A stretch of DNA of 64,000 nucleotides from positions 115,760 through 179,759 of the forward strand of contig JBBQZW010000003.1 in NCBI GenBank assembly GCA_038207395.1. The letters are read 5' to 3'. The position numbers were made by a program, and so were the translations under genes. The DNA is from Minisyncoccia bacterium (GTDB taxonomy: Bacteria; Patescibacteriota; Minisyncoccia; Phycocordibacterales; Phycocordibacteraceae). This document shows positions 17,514 through 26,188 of this stretch, piece after piece; position 1 is the first letter of the stretch; every line of letters starts with the position of its first letter. Under the pieces are notes generated by a model. It worked only from the letters and a program-made list of their open reading frames with translations, had not been told where the DNA came from and searched no databases.

Positions 17514-18563
17514 TTACAAACGATGCAACAAAAGTGTCTGCTCATCCACAACACCCACAAGGACGCTTAAGTCGAACTCGGGATATGCAGCCGTTAAGGC
17601 TTCACGCGCCGTACGCTCAAGAAAGCGAGCTTTCTGTTCGGCAGTGCGCCATCCAGAACTTCCTTTCTTTGAGCGCGCTAAGGTAGAAACGAGGAGCAAC
17701 ACCCCATCTTTGGGATCAATACGCCCCGCGTCCATATTTCCTTTCACGATCTTACCGGCAGTCTGCACTGCATTCACCCACTGCTCGTACGGCCCTATGA
17801 TAAGAGCCTTGTTTGGCTCATGGAGCCAATAAAAACCGCGACCAACCCCAATGATATTCTCCCGGTGTTCAAGCGCGATAGGTTCGCGACCTGCTTCCCG
17901 AATAGAACGAATGTGACGCTGATTTCCAAGCACAAGAGGCAGCAGATTACGACGCATTGATTCCGGCATATCCGGATACAAGTGACAGAGACGTGAGTCC
18001 ATCTCGCTTGGAGAGGCGTCCGGCATTTCAGCCACCGATAGTTCGGCGCCGTTACTTCCGTGGAAGACGAGCGCGTCCTGATCCGTTTCGATTCCCACCA
18101 TAAGCGGATACACGACCCGATGCTGGGTACCATATATCTCCTCAAACTGCGCGTGCAAGTGCTCAACCATCTTTTTTGCACCTTCCGTGTCATAACCGAA
18201 ACCAGCGCATCCGCGGTGCGTATCACCAGCGGAGAAATGGTAGGTCACAAAAACTAAGGTGTCCTGACCGCGTGATACGGCAGCACTCACGTCTTCATGA
18301 ATGAGTTCGCCGAAGTACGGCCAACCGAGGTCAAAGCGTCCACCAATATTTCGGTACGGCTTTATAATTCCCGGAGGGGTTTCAGTAATGAGCGAAAGAT
18401 TGAGTCTTCCGTCCATGCACTTAAGCGCAAGAAGTTGCGTTGGATGTTTCGCGAAGTACAACTCGCGTGCAAGCTGTGTGTCCGGAGACGTAAACGCATC
18501 ACTTTGTGCTTTGTTAAGGCCAATAGCGTAATTCTGTAATTTTGTATTCACCGTATTCTCCAT
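17514..18563 (-). CDS. hypothetical protein with beta-carbonic-anhydrase-like zinc-site signature
   Basis: CMDGR (CxDxR) at aa 49-53 and HRGCAG (HxxC) at aa 116-119, spacing as in beta-CAs; about 150-aa C-terminal extension. Confidence 0.4.
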   Translation of the reverse strand: MENTVNTKLQNYAIGLNKAQSDAFTSPDTQLARELYFAKHPTQLLALKCMDGRLNLSLITETPPGIIKPYRNIGGRFDLGWPYFGELIHEDVSAAVSRGQDTLVFVTYHFSAGDTHRGCAGFGYDTEGAKKMVEHLHAQFEEIYGTQHRVVYPLMVGIETDQDALVFHGSNGAELSVAEMPDASPSEMDSRLCHLYPDMPESMRRNLLPLVLGNQRHIRSIREAGREPIALEHRENIIGVGRGFYWLHEPNKALIIGPYEQWVNAVQTAGKIVKGNMDAGRIDPKDGVLLLVSTLARSKKGSSGWRTAEQKARFLERTAREALTAAYPEFDLSVLVGVVDEQTLLLHRL

Positions 18564-18616
18564 ATATAGGTACTGGCCAGCTATTGGTATACACCCTAAT
18601 CAGGGTACTGCCAAAT

Positions 18617-19912
18617 TTAATAACTCTTTAAACGTCGGGACTTGTCGTGGGTGCGGATTTTCTCAAGTGCCTTTGCTTCAATCTGACGAATACGTTCACG
18701 CGTAACGCCAAACTCCTTACCCACTTCTTCAAGGGTATGGTATACGCCATCCAGAAGTCCGTGACGCATTTCAAGAATCTTACGCTCCTTTGGTGAAAGA
18801 TCGTCGAGAATATCACGAACTTGTTCAGTCAAAATACGCTCTGATGATTCCTGGATAGGAGATGGAATCTTATCGTCAGCAATGAAGTCACCAAGGGTAC
18901 TCTTCTCATCATCATCAGAACCGATAGGGTTTTCGAGTGAAAGCGTGTCCTGGTTGATCTTCTCAATCTGGTAAATCTTTTCAACCTCAACACCCATCTC
19001 TATGGCAACTTCTTCAGGCTGGGGGTCACGGCCCAAGGTCTGCGCGAGGCGACGACTCACCTGCTTATACTTGGCGATTGTTTCCACCATGTGAACAGGA
19101 ATACGAATGGTACGGGATTGGTCGGCAAGCGCACGCGTAATAGCCTGGCGAATCCACCAGGTAGCGTAGGTTGAGAACTTATATCCCTTCTTCCAGTCGA
19201 ATTTATCAACGGCCTTGAAGAGACCGAGGTTTCCTTCCTGAATAAGATCAAGGAGTGTGAGGTCAGGAGAGCGCCCCACGTACTTCTTTGCGATAGACAC
19301 CACGAGGCGAAGGTTTGAACGCGCAAGAATGTTACGTGCTTCGTCATCACCGTTTTCAATGCGGCGTGCAAGTTCCTTTTCTTCGTTACCGGTCAAAAGT
19401 GGGTACTGACCGATTTCACGAAGATAAATCTGAATCGAGTCATATCCTCCTGAGTCACGGGTCTTAATGTTACGCGTTGCGAGGTACGCGTCTGCATGAT
19501 CTTCGAGCATGCCCCCTTCGAGGATATCGATACCGGCAACGGTAAAGCGCTCGTAAAGCTCATCAAGGAAATTAACGTCGTCTTCTACGTGCGGGAACTC
19601 ACGAAGGATTTCTGAGTACGTAATGTAGCCACGCTCCTTTCCTTTTACGATAAGGCGCTCTGCTTTGTCTCCGCGTTCAGTAAGTGCCTTTGCTTTTGAA
19701 CCGCCTGCAGCGGCACGTACCACGCTCGCAGCACTGACCTTCTTTGGTGTAGCTTTTGATGCGCTCTTTGATGCAACTTTCTTAGGTGCTGCCTTAGTAA
19801 CTTTCTTAGCGGGAGCTGCCTTTTTTACAGGTGCTTTCTTTACTACCTTCTTAGGAGCAGCTTTGGGTGCGGATTTCTTTGGTGCGGATTTAGTGGGTTT
19901 TTTTGTGGCCAT
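18617..19912 (-). CDS. rpoD: RNA polymerase sigma-70 factor RpoD with N-terminal Lys/Ala/Pro-rich histone H1-like extension
   Basis: Regions 1.1 ([13 protein letters not shown]), 1.2 (IQIYLREIG), 2 ([18 protein letters not shown]...[12 protein letters not shown]), 3 and 4 ([19 protein letters not shown]) all present. Confidence 0.9.
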   Translation of the reverse strand: MATKKPTKSAPKKSAPKAAPKKVVKKAPVKKAAPAKKVTKAAPKKVASKSASKATPKKVSAASVVRAAAGGSKAKALTERGDKAERLIVKGKERGYITYSEILREFPHVEDDVNFLDELYERFTVAGIDILEGGMLEDHADAYLATRNIKTRDSGGYDSIQIYLREIGQYPLLTGNEEKELARRIENGDDEARNILARSNLRLVVSIAKKYVGRSPDLTLLDLIQEGNLGLFKAVDKFDWKKGYKFSTYATWWIRQAITRALADQSRTIRIPVHMVETIAKYKQVSRRLAQTLGRDPQPEEVAIEMGVEVEKIYQIEKINQDTLSLENPIGSDDDEKSTLGDFIADDKIPSPIQESSERILTEQVRDILDDLSPKERKILEMRHGLLDGVYHTLEEVGKEFGVTRERIRQIEAKALEKIRTHDKSRRLKSY

Positions 19913-19969
19913 AGGGAATAGAAAAAATTGAGCCGATAATTAGAAACTATAAAAACACTGCTGAAGACT

Positions 19970-21898
19970 CTATGCGAGTGTGGCTATACGTGCGCCTAGC
20001 TCCGTACATCGGAGCGCTGCGCGTTGTATTCCCTCGGCATCATGTGCCGCTTCTGCTGCTCGTAACTCACGTGTCGCGTCCTTAAGCGCGTCCCGCAGGA
20101 TCATCCGCTCGAATGCATACAAAAGTTCGTCGCCCGCCCGCTCTTCAGGTGTTTCACCGAATGCGAGTCCTGCCTCAAATAATGCGCGTTCGCCCAGGTC
20201 CGCTATCATTGCGAAATCTACTGGTGCGCCGGTAATTCTAAAGTACTCTGTTTTTAGACGTTCGGCAAGGGTGGTTTCGGGGTATGTCTGGATAGCGCCC
20301 AGTATAAGCATGCGGCGAGTCTCAAGTCCTGACGCTTCTGTAGACGTGTCAGTCACCTCTTCCTTTCCTCCGTCTTCGTAGCTTGGAAATGGTGAAGACC
20401 GCTGGGGATATTTTTGACCGTATGCAGTGCCTCGCGTTCCGTATTTATTTTGTGAATAGCCCTGTGGACCATACTTCGAAGAGTGGTGCCCGTGAGCTCC
20501 TTGTCCGTATGCACCGCTACTCGAATATCCGTTTCTATTCTCATAGCCGGATCCTTGCGCGTTCGCGTATCCATTTTGGGATTGTGGTCGGACATGCGCT
20601 GCGTCAGTAGCGCTAAGCTGAGGTAACGCTTCACGAACCGCTTCCGGTGTTTGTGAAAGCGCGCGTGCAATAATCTCCACGTACCGGTTTCGCTCAAGCG
20701 GACTCTTCACCGCAACAACAAGCGGCAAGACCGTCTCTTCCACACGGCGCATGAGTTTAAAATCATCCGTCTCTTGAGCAGCAAGCACGGAAAGGAAGAA
20801 CTCGATAATAGACTGAGAATTTTTCACGAGCTCTGTGAAATTCTTTCCTCCATCTTCTGCCACAACATCTGCTGGATCTTTTCCTTGAGGAAGACGGACT
20901 GCCTTTACCCGCATTCCAGCTTCAAGAGCTGCAAGTGCGGTCTTTGCCGACGAGGCAAGTCCTGCGCGGTCAGCGTCTAAGGCGAGCATCAGATTATCTG
21001 CATACCGTTTAATAAGTCCGAGGTGGACGCTTGAAAGCGCTGTGCCGGAAAGCGCTATGGTGTTCGTAAAGCCTGCCTGATGCAAAAGAAGGAGATCAAA
21101 CTGACCTTCGACAAGGATCGCAAAGCCGCGGGCACGTATAGCGTCTTTTGCGCGATCCATGCCGAAAAGGATCTCACTCTTTTTAAATAAATCTGTCTCA
21201 GGAGAGTTGAGATATTTCGCCTGCTCATCTTTTTCAAGTGCACGCCCCGTAAATGCGACGGTGCGTCCTGCAGTGTCACGTATGGGGAACATTAGACGAC
21301 TACGGAATCGATCATACCAGGTGCCCGGTTTTTCATCTGCTTCTTTGATAAGTCCTGCAGCGGCGAGTTCCTTAGGGGCAAATCCCTGTGCGCTTAATGC
21401 TTCAAGAAGTCCGCGCCAGCCAGAAGGTGCCAGCCCCAGATTCCATGAGGTAATAGTTTCGGGCGAAAGGCCGCGTTCACGCGCATACGCGTACGCCGGA
21501 GATCCATCTGTAAGCGCAGACGCAAAAAATTGATCCGCCTTAGACATCGCTTCGCGAAGCCTCTCTTTCTCATCACTCTTAATTCGATCCCCGGGAGTAA
21601 GCTGCTGCACTTCAACTCCTGCCTTGTCTGCCAGGATTTGTAGAGCACCTCTAAAATCCACACCTTCCATCTTTTCGATAAACGTAAAGTGGTCACCGCC
21701 TTGAGACGTTGAAAAACAGTAGTACGAACCACGGTCAGGAGAGACATAAAAGGAAGCCGTCTTTTCTTTTGAGAAAGGGGAAAGTCCCCGGAAGTACTTC
21801 CCTGCTCGTGTGAGCTTTACGTACGGCTGCACCACTTCCACGATGGAAAGTCGGTCCTTGATGAGCTGAGTGGTGTCGGTTCCAGGGTTAGCTGTCAT
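19970..21898 (-). CDS. dnaG: DNA primase DnaG
   Basis: Toprim ILVEGQFDLL...ALDADRAG, RNA-polymerase domain, N-terminal zinc-binding-domain homolog; ATG at 21898 preferred over the upstream ORF start. Confidence 0.85.
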   Translation of the reverse strand: MTANPGTDTTQLIKDRLSIVEVVQPYVKLTRAGKYFRGLSPFSKEKTASFYVSPDRGSYYCFSTSQGGDHFTFIEKMEGVDFRGALQILADKAGVEVQQLTPGDRIKSDEKERLREAMSKADQFFASALTDGSPAYAYARERGLSPETITSWNLGLAPSGWRGLLEALSAQGFAPKELAAAGLIKEADEKPGTWYDRFRSRLMFPIRDTAGRTVAFTGRALEKDEQAKYLNSPETDLFKKSEILFGMDRAKDAIRARGFAILVEGQFDLLLLHQAGFTNTIALSGTALSSVHLGLIKRYADNLMLALDADRAGLASSAKTALAALEAGMRVKAVRLPQGKDPADVVAEDGGKNFTELVKNSQSIIEFFLSVLAAQETDDFKLMRRVEETVLPLVVAVKSPLERNRYVEIIARALSQTPEAVREALPQLSATDAAHVRPQSQNGYANAQGSGYENRNGYSSSGAYGQGAHGHHSSKYGPQGYSQNKYGTRGTAYGQKYPQRSSPFPSYEDGGKEEVTDTSTEASGLETRRMLILGAIQTYPETTLAERLKTEYFRITGAPVDFAMIADLGERALFEAGLAFGETPEERAGDELLYAFERMILRDALKDATRELRAAEAAHDAEGIQRAALRCTELGARIATLA

Positions 21899-22011
21899 TT
21901 CCTCTATTCTACGCCACCTAGGATTCTTTGCATGTAACTCACACAAACACACACTTTGACAGGCAGCTCACTACATGACATTGTTCCTAAGCATTATTCA
22001 GGGAGAGATAT

Positions 22012-22260
22012 ATGCGCATGTTCTTACGTGACTTCAAGGAAGCATTCATCATGAGTGCGACGGTTGGAATAGTCTTTGCCGCGGCCCAATTCGCACTGGC
22101 GCTCGACTCCACGGTATACGAACTTATTTCGACATTCGTGAACTTCACCGCCATAGCGTTCTTGCTCTGCGGAATCCCGTTCGCGCTCTATGACAAATAT
22201 AAGCGCAAACGAGAAGAAGCTGCCCGTCTGCGCAGAAACGACACCGACACGTTCGCGTAG
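22012..22260 (+). CDS. small membrane protein (82 aa)
   Basis: Two TM helices; followed by a bidirectional terminator. Confidence 0.4.
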   Translation: MRMFLRDFKEAFIMSATVGIVFAAAQFALALDSTVYELISTFVNFTAIAFLLCGIPFALYDKYKRKREEAARLRRNDTDTFA

Positions 22261-22320
22261 TCACCTCGCTATAACCCTGCCTCGCAAACCATTCTGGTTT
22301 GCGAGGCATTTTTTCATTCT

Positions 22321-22360
22321 CTACAAAACAAAAACCGCCCGGTACGGGCGGTTTTTGTTT
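22321..22360. terminator. bidirectional terminator
   Basis: AAAACCGCCCG-gtac-CGGGCGGTTTT with flanking T-run; lies between convergent genes (rpoC end). Confidence 0.6.
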
Positions 22361-22376
22361 TACACTTTCTAAAGTA

Positions 22377-25300
22377 TTAGTTCGTCGTATCAACTACCGC
22401 TCCTGCATTTGCAGCAACTTCTAGTGCGAGTTCCTCAGCAGCCTGTGCTGCGGCCATCTCGCGAACGCGACGTGCGCCCTGGAGCTTACCAATCTCAGCG
22501 TGCTTTGCGCTATCTGCGAAGCCTGTTCCAGCAGGAATGAGGCGTCCGAGGATAACGTTCTCCTTAAGACCGCGAAGCGTATCGAGTGAGCCCTTAAGAG
22601 CGGCGTCGATAAGAATCTTGGTGGTCTGTTCGAAGGATGCTGCTGAAAGGAATGAGCGGCGTGAGAGAGCTGACTGCTTAATACCAAAGACAATATCTGT
22701 GGCCTTAGGCGCAACCTTCCCTTCTGCTTCCATTTCTTTCACAAGCTCAGCAAGTTCCCACTGTTCGATGATGTCACCGATAGAGAGGTCTGTTTCGCCA
22801 GCGTCAGTAATCTTCGCGCGGTTGAACATCTGACGAACGATAACTTCAAGGTGTTTGCGTGATACAGACGCTCCCTGGAGCTCGTAAATCTTAGACGTTT
22901 CCGCAATGATATATTCCTGAACCACCGTGCGGCCTGCGTATTCGAAGAGTTCTTCGAGGTCTGCGGAACCGTCCGTGAGGAACATTCCCTTCTTAACGGC
23001 CTGTCCTGCATTTACGAGTACCTGACGAGGGAACTGGATGAGGAATTCAGAGTTTGACCCATCCTTCTTACCCTGTCCCTTTTCAGGTGCCATAACGATG
23101 ACACGGTCACGGTCCTGCTCCTTTATCTCAACGATCATACCGTCAAACTTTGCGATAGTCGCAGCATTCTTAGGTGAGCGCTTCTCGAAGAGTTCCTCAA
23201 CGCGAGGAAGACCCATGGTGATGTCTCCACCCACAGAGGCCGTTCCTCCAGCGTGGAAGGTACGCATCGTGAGCTGTGTTCCTGGTTCACCGATAGCCTG
23301 TGCTGCAATAGTTCCGACTGCTTCACCCAAATCAACGGGCTGCTGTGTCGTAAGATCCATTCCGTAACACCCTGCACATACGCCGTAGCGTGTCTCGCAG
23401 GACATTGGTGAAAGAACCATAACGCTCGTAACCGTTTTCTCAGCAGCAATAACTCGTGCTTCGTCAGCGGTGAGGTAATGCTTCTTCTTAAACGTGATAT
23501 CTCCAGCAACTACGTCAGCAGCGAGTGTACGTCCTCGAACCGCCTCAGCGAAGTCGATGGTAATGCCGGACGCTGAAATTCGGTTGATGGTAATACCGCG
23601 CTTTGTGCCACAGTCTTTTTCAGTGATGATAGAGTCCTGCGCCACATCGAAGAGACGGCGGGTGAGGTATCCTGCTCGTGCAGTTCCGAGCGCAGTGTCA
23701 GTAAGACCTTTACGCGCTCCGTGTGAAGACATGAAGTATTCAACAGGGTTAAGGCCTTCAGTCATTGAGGAGATGATAGGCACTTCGATAGTTTCTCCTC
23801 CGGTGTTCTGGATAAGACCTTTCATACCAGCCATCTGAGTAAGGTTACCCATCGTACCGCGAGCACCAGACGTCACCATGTCGTAGACCGAACCGGTTGG
23901 ATCAAGTGCGTCACCAACGAGCTTCTCCACCTGCGTCTTAGCACCGTGCCAGAGCTCGATGATCATGCGGCGCTTCTCATCTTCAGAAAGAAGACCGTCC
24001 TTGTAGTTACTCTCAATCTTGAGAACCTTCTCGGTTACTTCATCAACAATCTTCTGCTTTCCTTCGGGAACAGATACGTCATCGATACTCCATGACACAC
24101 CAGACTTGGTGGCATATTCGAAACCGAAACGCTTGATCTTGTTCACGATGCCAGGAAGCTTATCGATTCCGTAACGAACGATGCAGTCATCCATGATGCT
24201 TGCGAGCATCTTCTTGGTGATTGGTGCGTTTACGTACGGATAGTCACTCGGAAGGACCGTGTTGAAGAGAAGACGTCCAACGGTAGTCTCGAAGATTGCT
24301 CCTTCGTACTCTGCGTACTTCGCCTTGTCCTTCATAGGAAGAACGTGGACTTTTGCACGAAGATCGAGTGCGCCATATTCGTACGCGAGGATCGCGCCGT
24401 TAGGGTTGGCATAATACGTACCTTCACCCTTCGCGCCGGTAACATCTTTCGTGAGCCAGTAGGTTCCAAGAACGATATCAAGCGGCTTGTTCACCATAAC
24501 GATCATCTTGCCGTCTCCCGGCTTAATGATGTTTTTGTTAGCAGACATGATGTTCTTTGCCTCCCACTGTGCCTCTTCTGAAAGAGGAACGTGAATTGCC
24601 ATCTGGTCACCGTCGAAGTCAGCGTTAAAGGCTGGACACACAAGAGGGTGGAGCTGAATAGCATCACCTTCGATAAGACGAGGGCGGAATGCCTGGATAC
24701 CCTGGCGGTGAAGCGTAGGGGCTCGGTTAAGAAGAACATACTTTCCGGCAATAGCTTCTTCAAGAATTTCCCATACTTCTGGCACTCCATCTTCAATCAA
24801 ACGACCTGCGCCGCGGATGTTGAAGGCGAGTTCGCGGGTAAGGAGTCCTTCGATAACGAAAGGACGGAAGAGCTCAAGCGCCATGTGCTTTGGAAGACCA
24901 CACTCATCAAGCTCGAGATCAGGACCAACGACAATAACGGAACGGCCTGAGTAGTCCACGCGCTTTCCAAGAAGGTTCTGGCGGAAATACCCTTGCTTAC
25001 CCTTAAGGTAGTCAGCAAGTGACTTGAGCGGGCGGCGCTGAGCTGGGGTGAGAGCCCCTCCTGATGCTCCTGACTTACGGATTGAGTTGTCGAGGAGTGC
25101 GTCAACGGCTTCCTGAAGAATACGCTTTTCGTTTCGGAGAATAACTTCTGGAGCCTTAATATCAAGAAGCTTCTTCAAACGGTTGTTGCGGTTGATTACA
25201 CGACGGTAGAGGTCGTTAACGTCAGATGTTGCATGACGTCCTCCCTCAAGTGCAACCATAGGGCGAAGTGCCGGAGGAATAACCGGAATGCGAGTGAGGA

Positions 25301-26168
25301 ACATCCATTCAGGACGAACGTTCGACGCAAGCATTGAAGTCACGAGCGAAATACGCTTTCCGAGTTTTTCACGCTCAGCAGCACCTGCCTTTGGATAGCG
25401 CTCTTCAAGCGTTACTTTGAGCTTCGTAAGATCAAGGTTACGGAAGAGATCGTAGATCGCTTCTGCACCAATCTTTGCTTCGAAGAGTGTTCCATACTTT
25501 ACGGAGAAACGGTGGTATGACATTTCGTCAAAGACGCGTCCGACGACCACAGAATCAATTTCCTGCTTCGCAACCGTCATACGCTCCTTGAGCGCTTCGC
25601 GCTCTGACTCTTTTTCAATACTCTTAAACTTGCTCTTGTACTCAGCTTCGAGTTCGGTGAGCATACGCTTCTTTGTCTCTTCGTTTACTTTCGTAACGAT
25701 GTAGCCAGCGAAGTACACTACCTTCTCAAGATCAGATGAAGGAATGCCGAGTATAAGCGCCATGCGAGATGGCATTGAACGGAGGAACCAGATGTGTGCC
25801 ACCGGGCTTACGAGTTCGATGTGACCCATGCGTTCGCGACGAACGATGGAGCGGGTGATTTCAACACCACACTTGTCACAAACGATACCTTTGTAGCGAA
25901 TACCTTTGTACTTACCGCAGTAACACTCGTAGTCACGCTCTGGACCAAAGATTTTTTCATCGAAAAGACCGTGCTTTTCAGAGCGCTGAGTGCGGTAGTT
26001 AATGGTTTCCGGCTTCGTGATTTCACCACGTGACCACTCGAGAATACGCTCAGGTGACGCGAGAGAAAGACGAAGTGCGTTCCAGTCCGTGGCGCGTCCA
26101 CCAATGCGTGGTGGCTGCTTCTTGCCCTGGAATGGTGTGTTTTCAGAACGGGATGAGTGAGGTGCCAT
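22377..26168 (-). CDS. rpoC: DNA-directed RNA polymerase subunit beta'
   Basis: Zn-finger CYCGKYK...CDKCGVE, NADFDGD catalytic loop, 1263 aa. Confidence 0.95.
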   Translation of the reverse strand: MAPHSSRSENTPFQGKKQPPRIGGRATDWNALRLSLASPERILEWSRGEITKPETINYRTQRSEKHGLFDEKIFGPERDYECYCGKYKGIRYKGIVCDKCGVEITRSIVRRERMGHIELVSPVAHIWFLRSMPSRMALILGIPSSDLEKVVYFAGYIVTKVNEETKKRMLTELEAEYKSKFKSIEKESEREALKERMTVAKQEIDSVVVGRVFDEMSYHRFSVKYGTLFEAKIGAEAIYDLFRNLDLTKLKVTLEERYPKAGAAEREKLGKRISLVTSMLASNVRPEWMFLTRIPVIPPALRPMVALEGGRHATSDVNDLYRRVINRNNRLKKLLDIKAPEVILRNEKRILQEAVDALLDNSIRKSGASGGALTPAQRRPLKSLADYLKGKQGYFRQNLLGKRVDYSGRSVIVVGPDLELDECGLPKHMALELFRPFVIEGLLTRELAFNIRGAGRLIEDGVPEVWEILEEAIAGKYVLLNRAPTLHRQGIQAFRPRLIEGDAIQLHPLVCPAFNADFDGDQMAIHVPLSEEAQWEAKNIMSANKNIIKPGDGKMIVMVNKPLDIVLGTYWLTKDVTGAKGEGTYYANPNGAILAYEYGALDLRAKVHVLPMKDKAKYAEYEGAIFETTVGRLLFNTVLPSDYPYVNAPITKKMLASIMDDCIVRYGIDKLPGIVNKIKRFGFEYATKSGVSWSIDDVSVPEGKQKIVDEVTEKVLKIESNYKDGLLSEDEKRRMIIELWHGAKTQVEKLVGDALDPTGSVYDMVTSGARGTMGNLTQMAGMKGLIQNTGGETIEVPIISSMTEGLNPVEYFMSSHGARKGLTDTALGTARAGYLTRRLFDVAQDSIITEKDCGTKRGITINRISASGITIDFAEAVRGRTLAADVVAGDITFKKKHYLTADEARVIAAEKTVTSVMVLSPMSCETRYGVCAGCYGMDLTTQQPVDLGEAVGTIAAQAIGEPGTQLTMRTFHAGGTASVGGDITMGLPRVEELFEKRSPKNAATIAKFDGMIVEIKEQDRDRVIVMAPEKGQGKKDGSNSEFLIQFPRQVLVNAGQAVKKGMFLTDGSADLEELFEYAGRTVVQEYIIAETSKIYELQGASVSRKHLEVIVRQMFNRAKITDAGETDLSIGDIIEQWELAELVKEMEAEGKVAPKATDIVFGIKQSALSRRSFLSAASFEQTTKILIDAALKGSLDTLRGLKENVILGRLIPAGTGFADSAKHAEIGKLQGARRVREMAAAQAAEELALEVAANAGAVVDTTN

Positions 26169-26188
26169 ATAGGTTCAGGGTTATACGG

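Noticed and set aside
19665-19931. 88-aa + strand ORF rich in Ala/Phe/Leu antisense to the rpoD 5' end
   Set aside because: It mirrors the AKP-coding repeat of the RpoD tail and has no translation signals.
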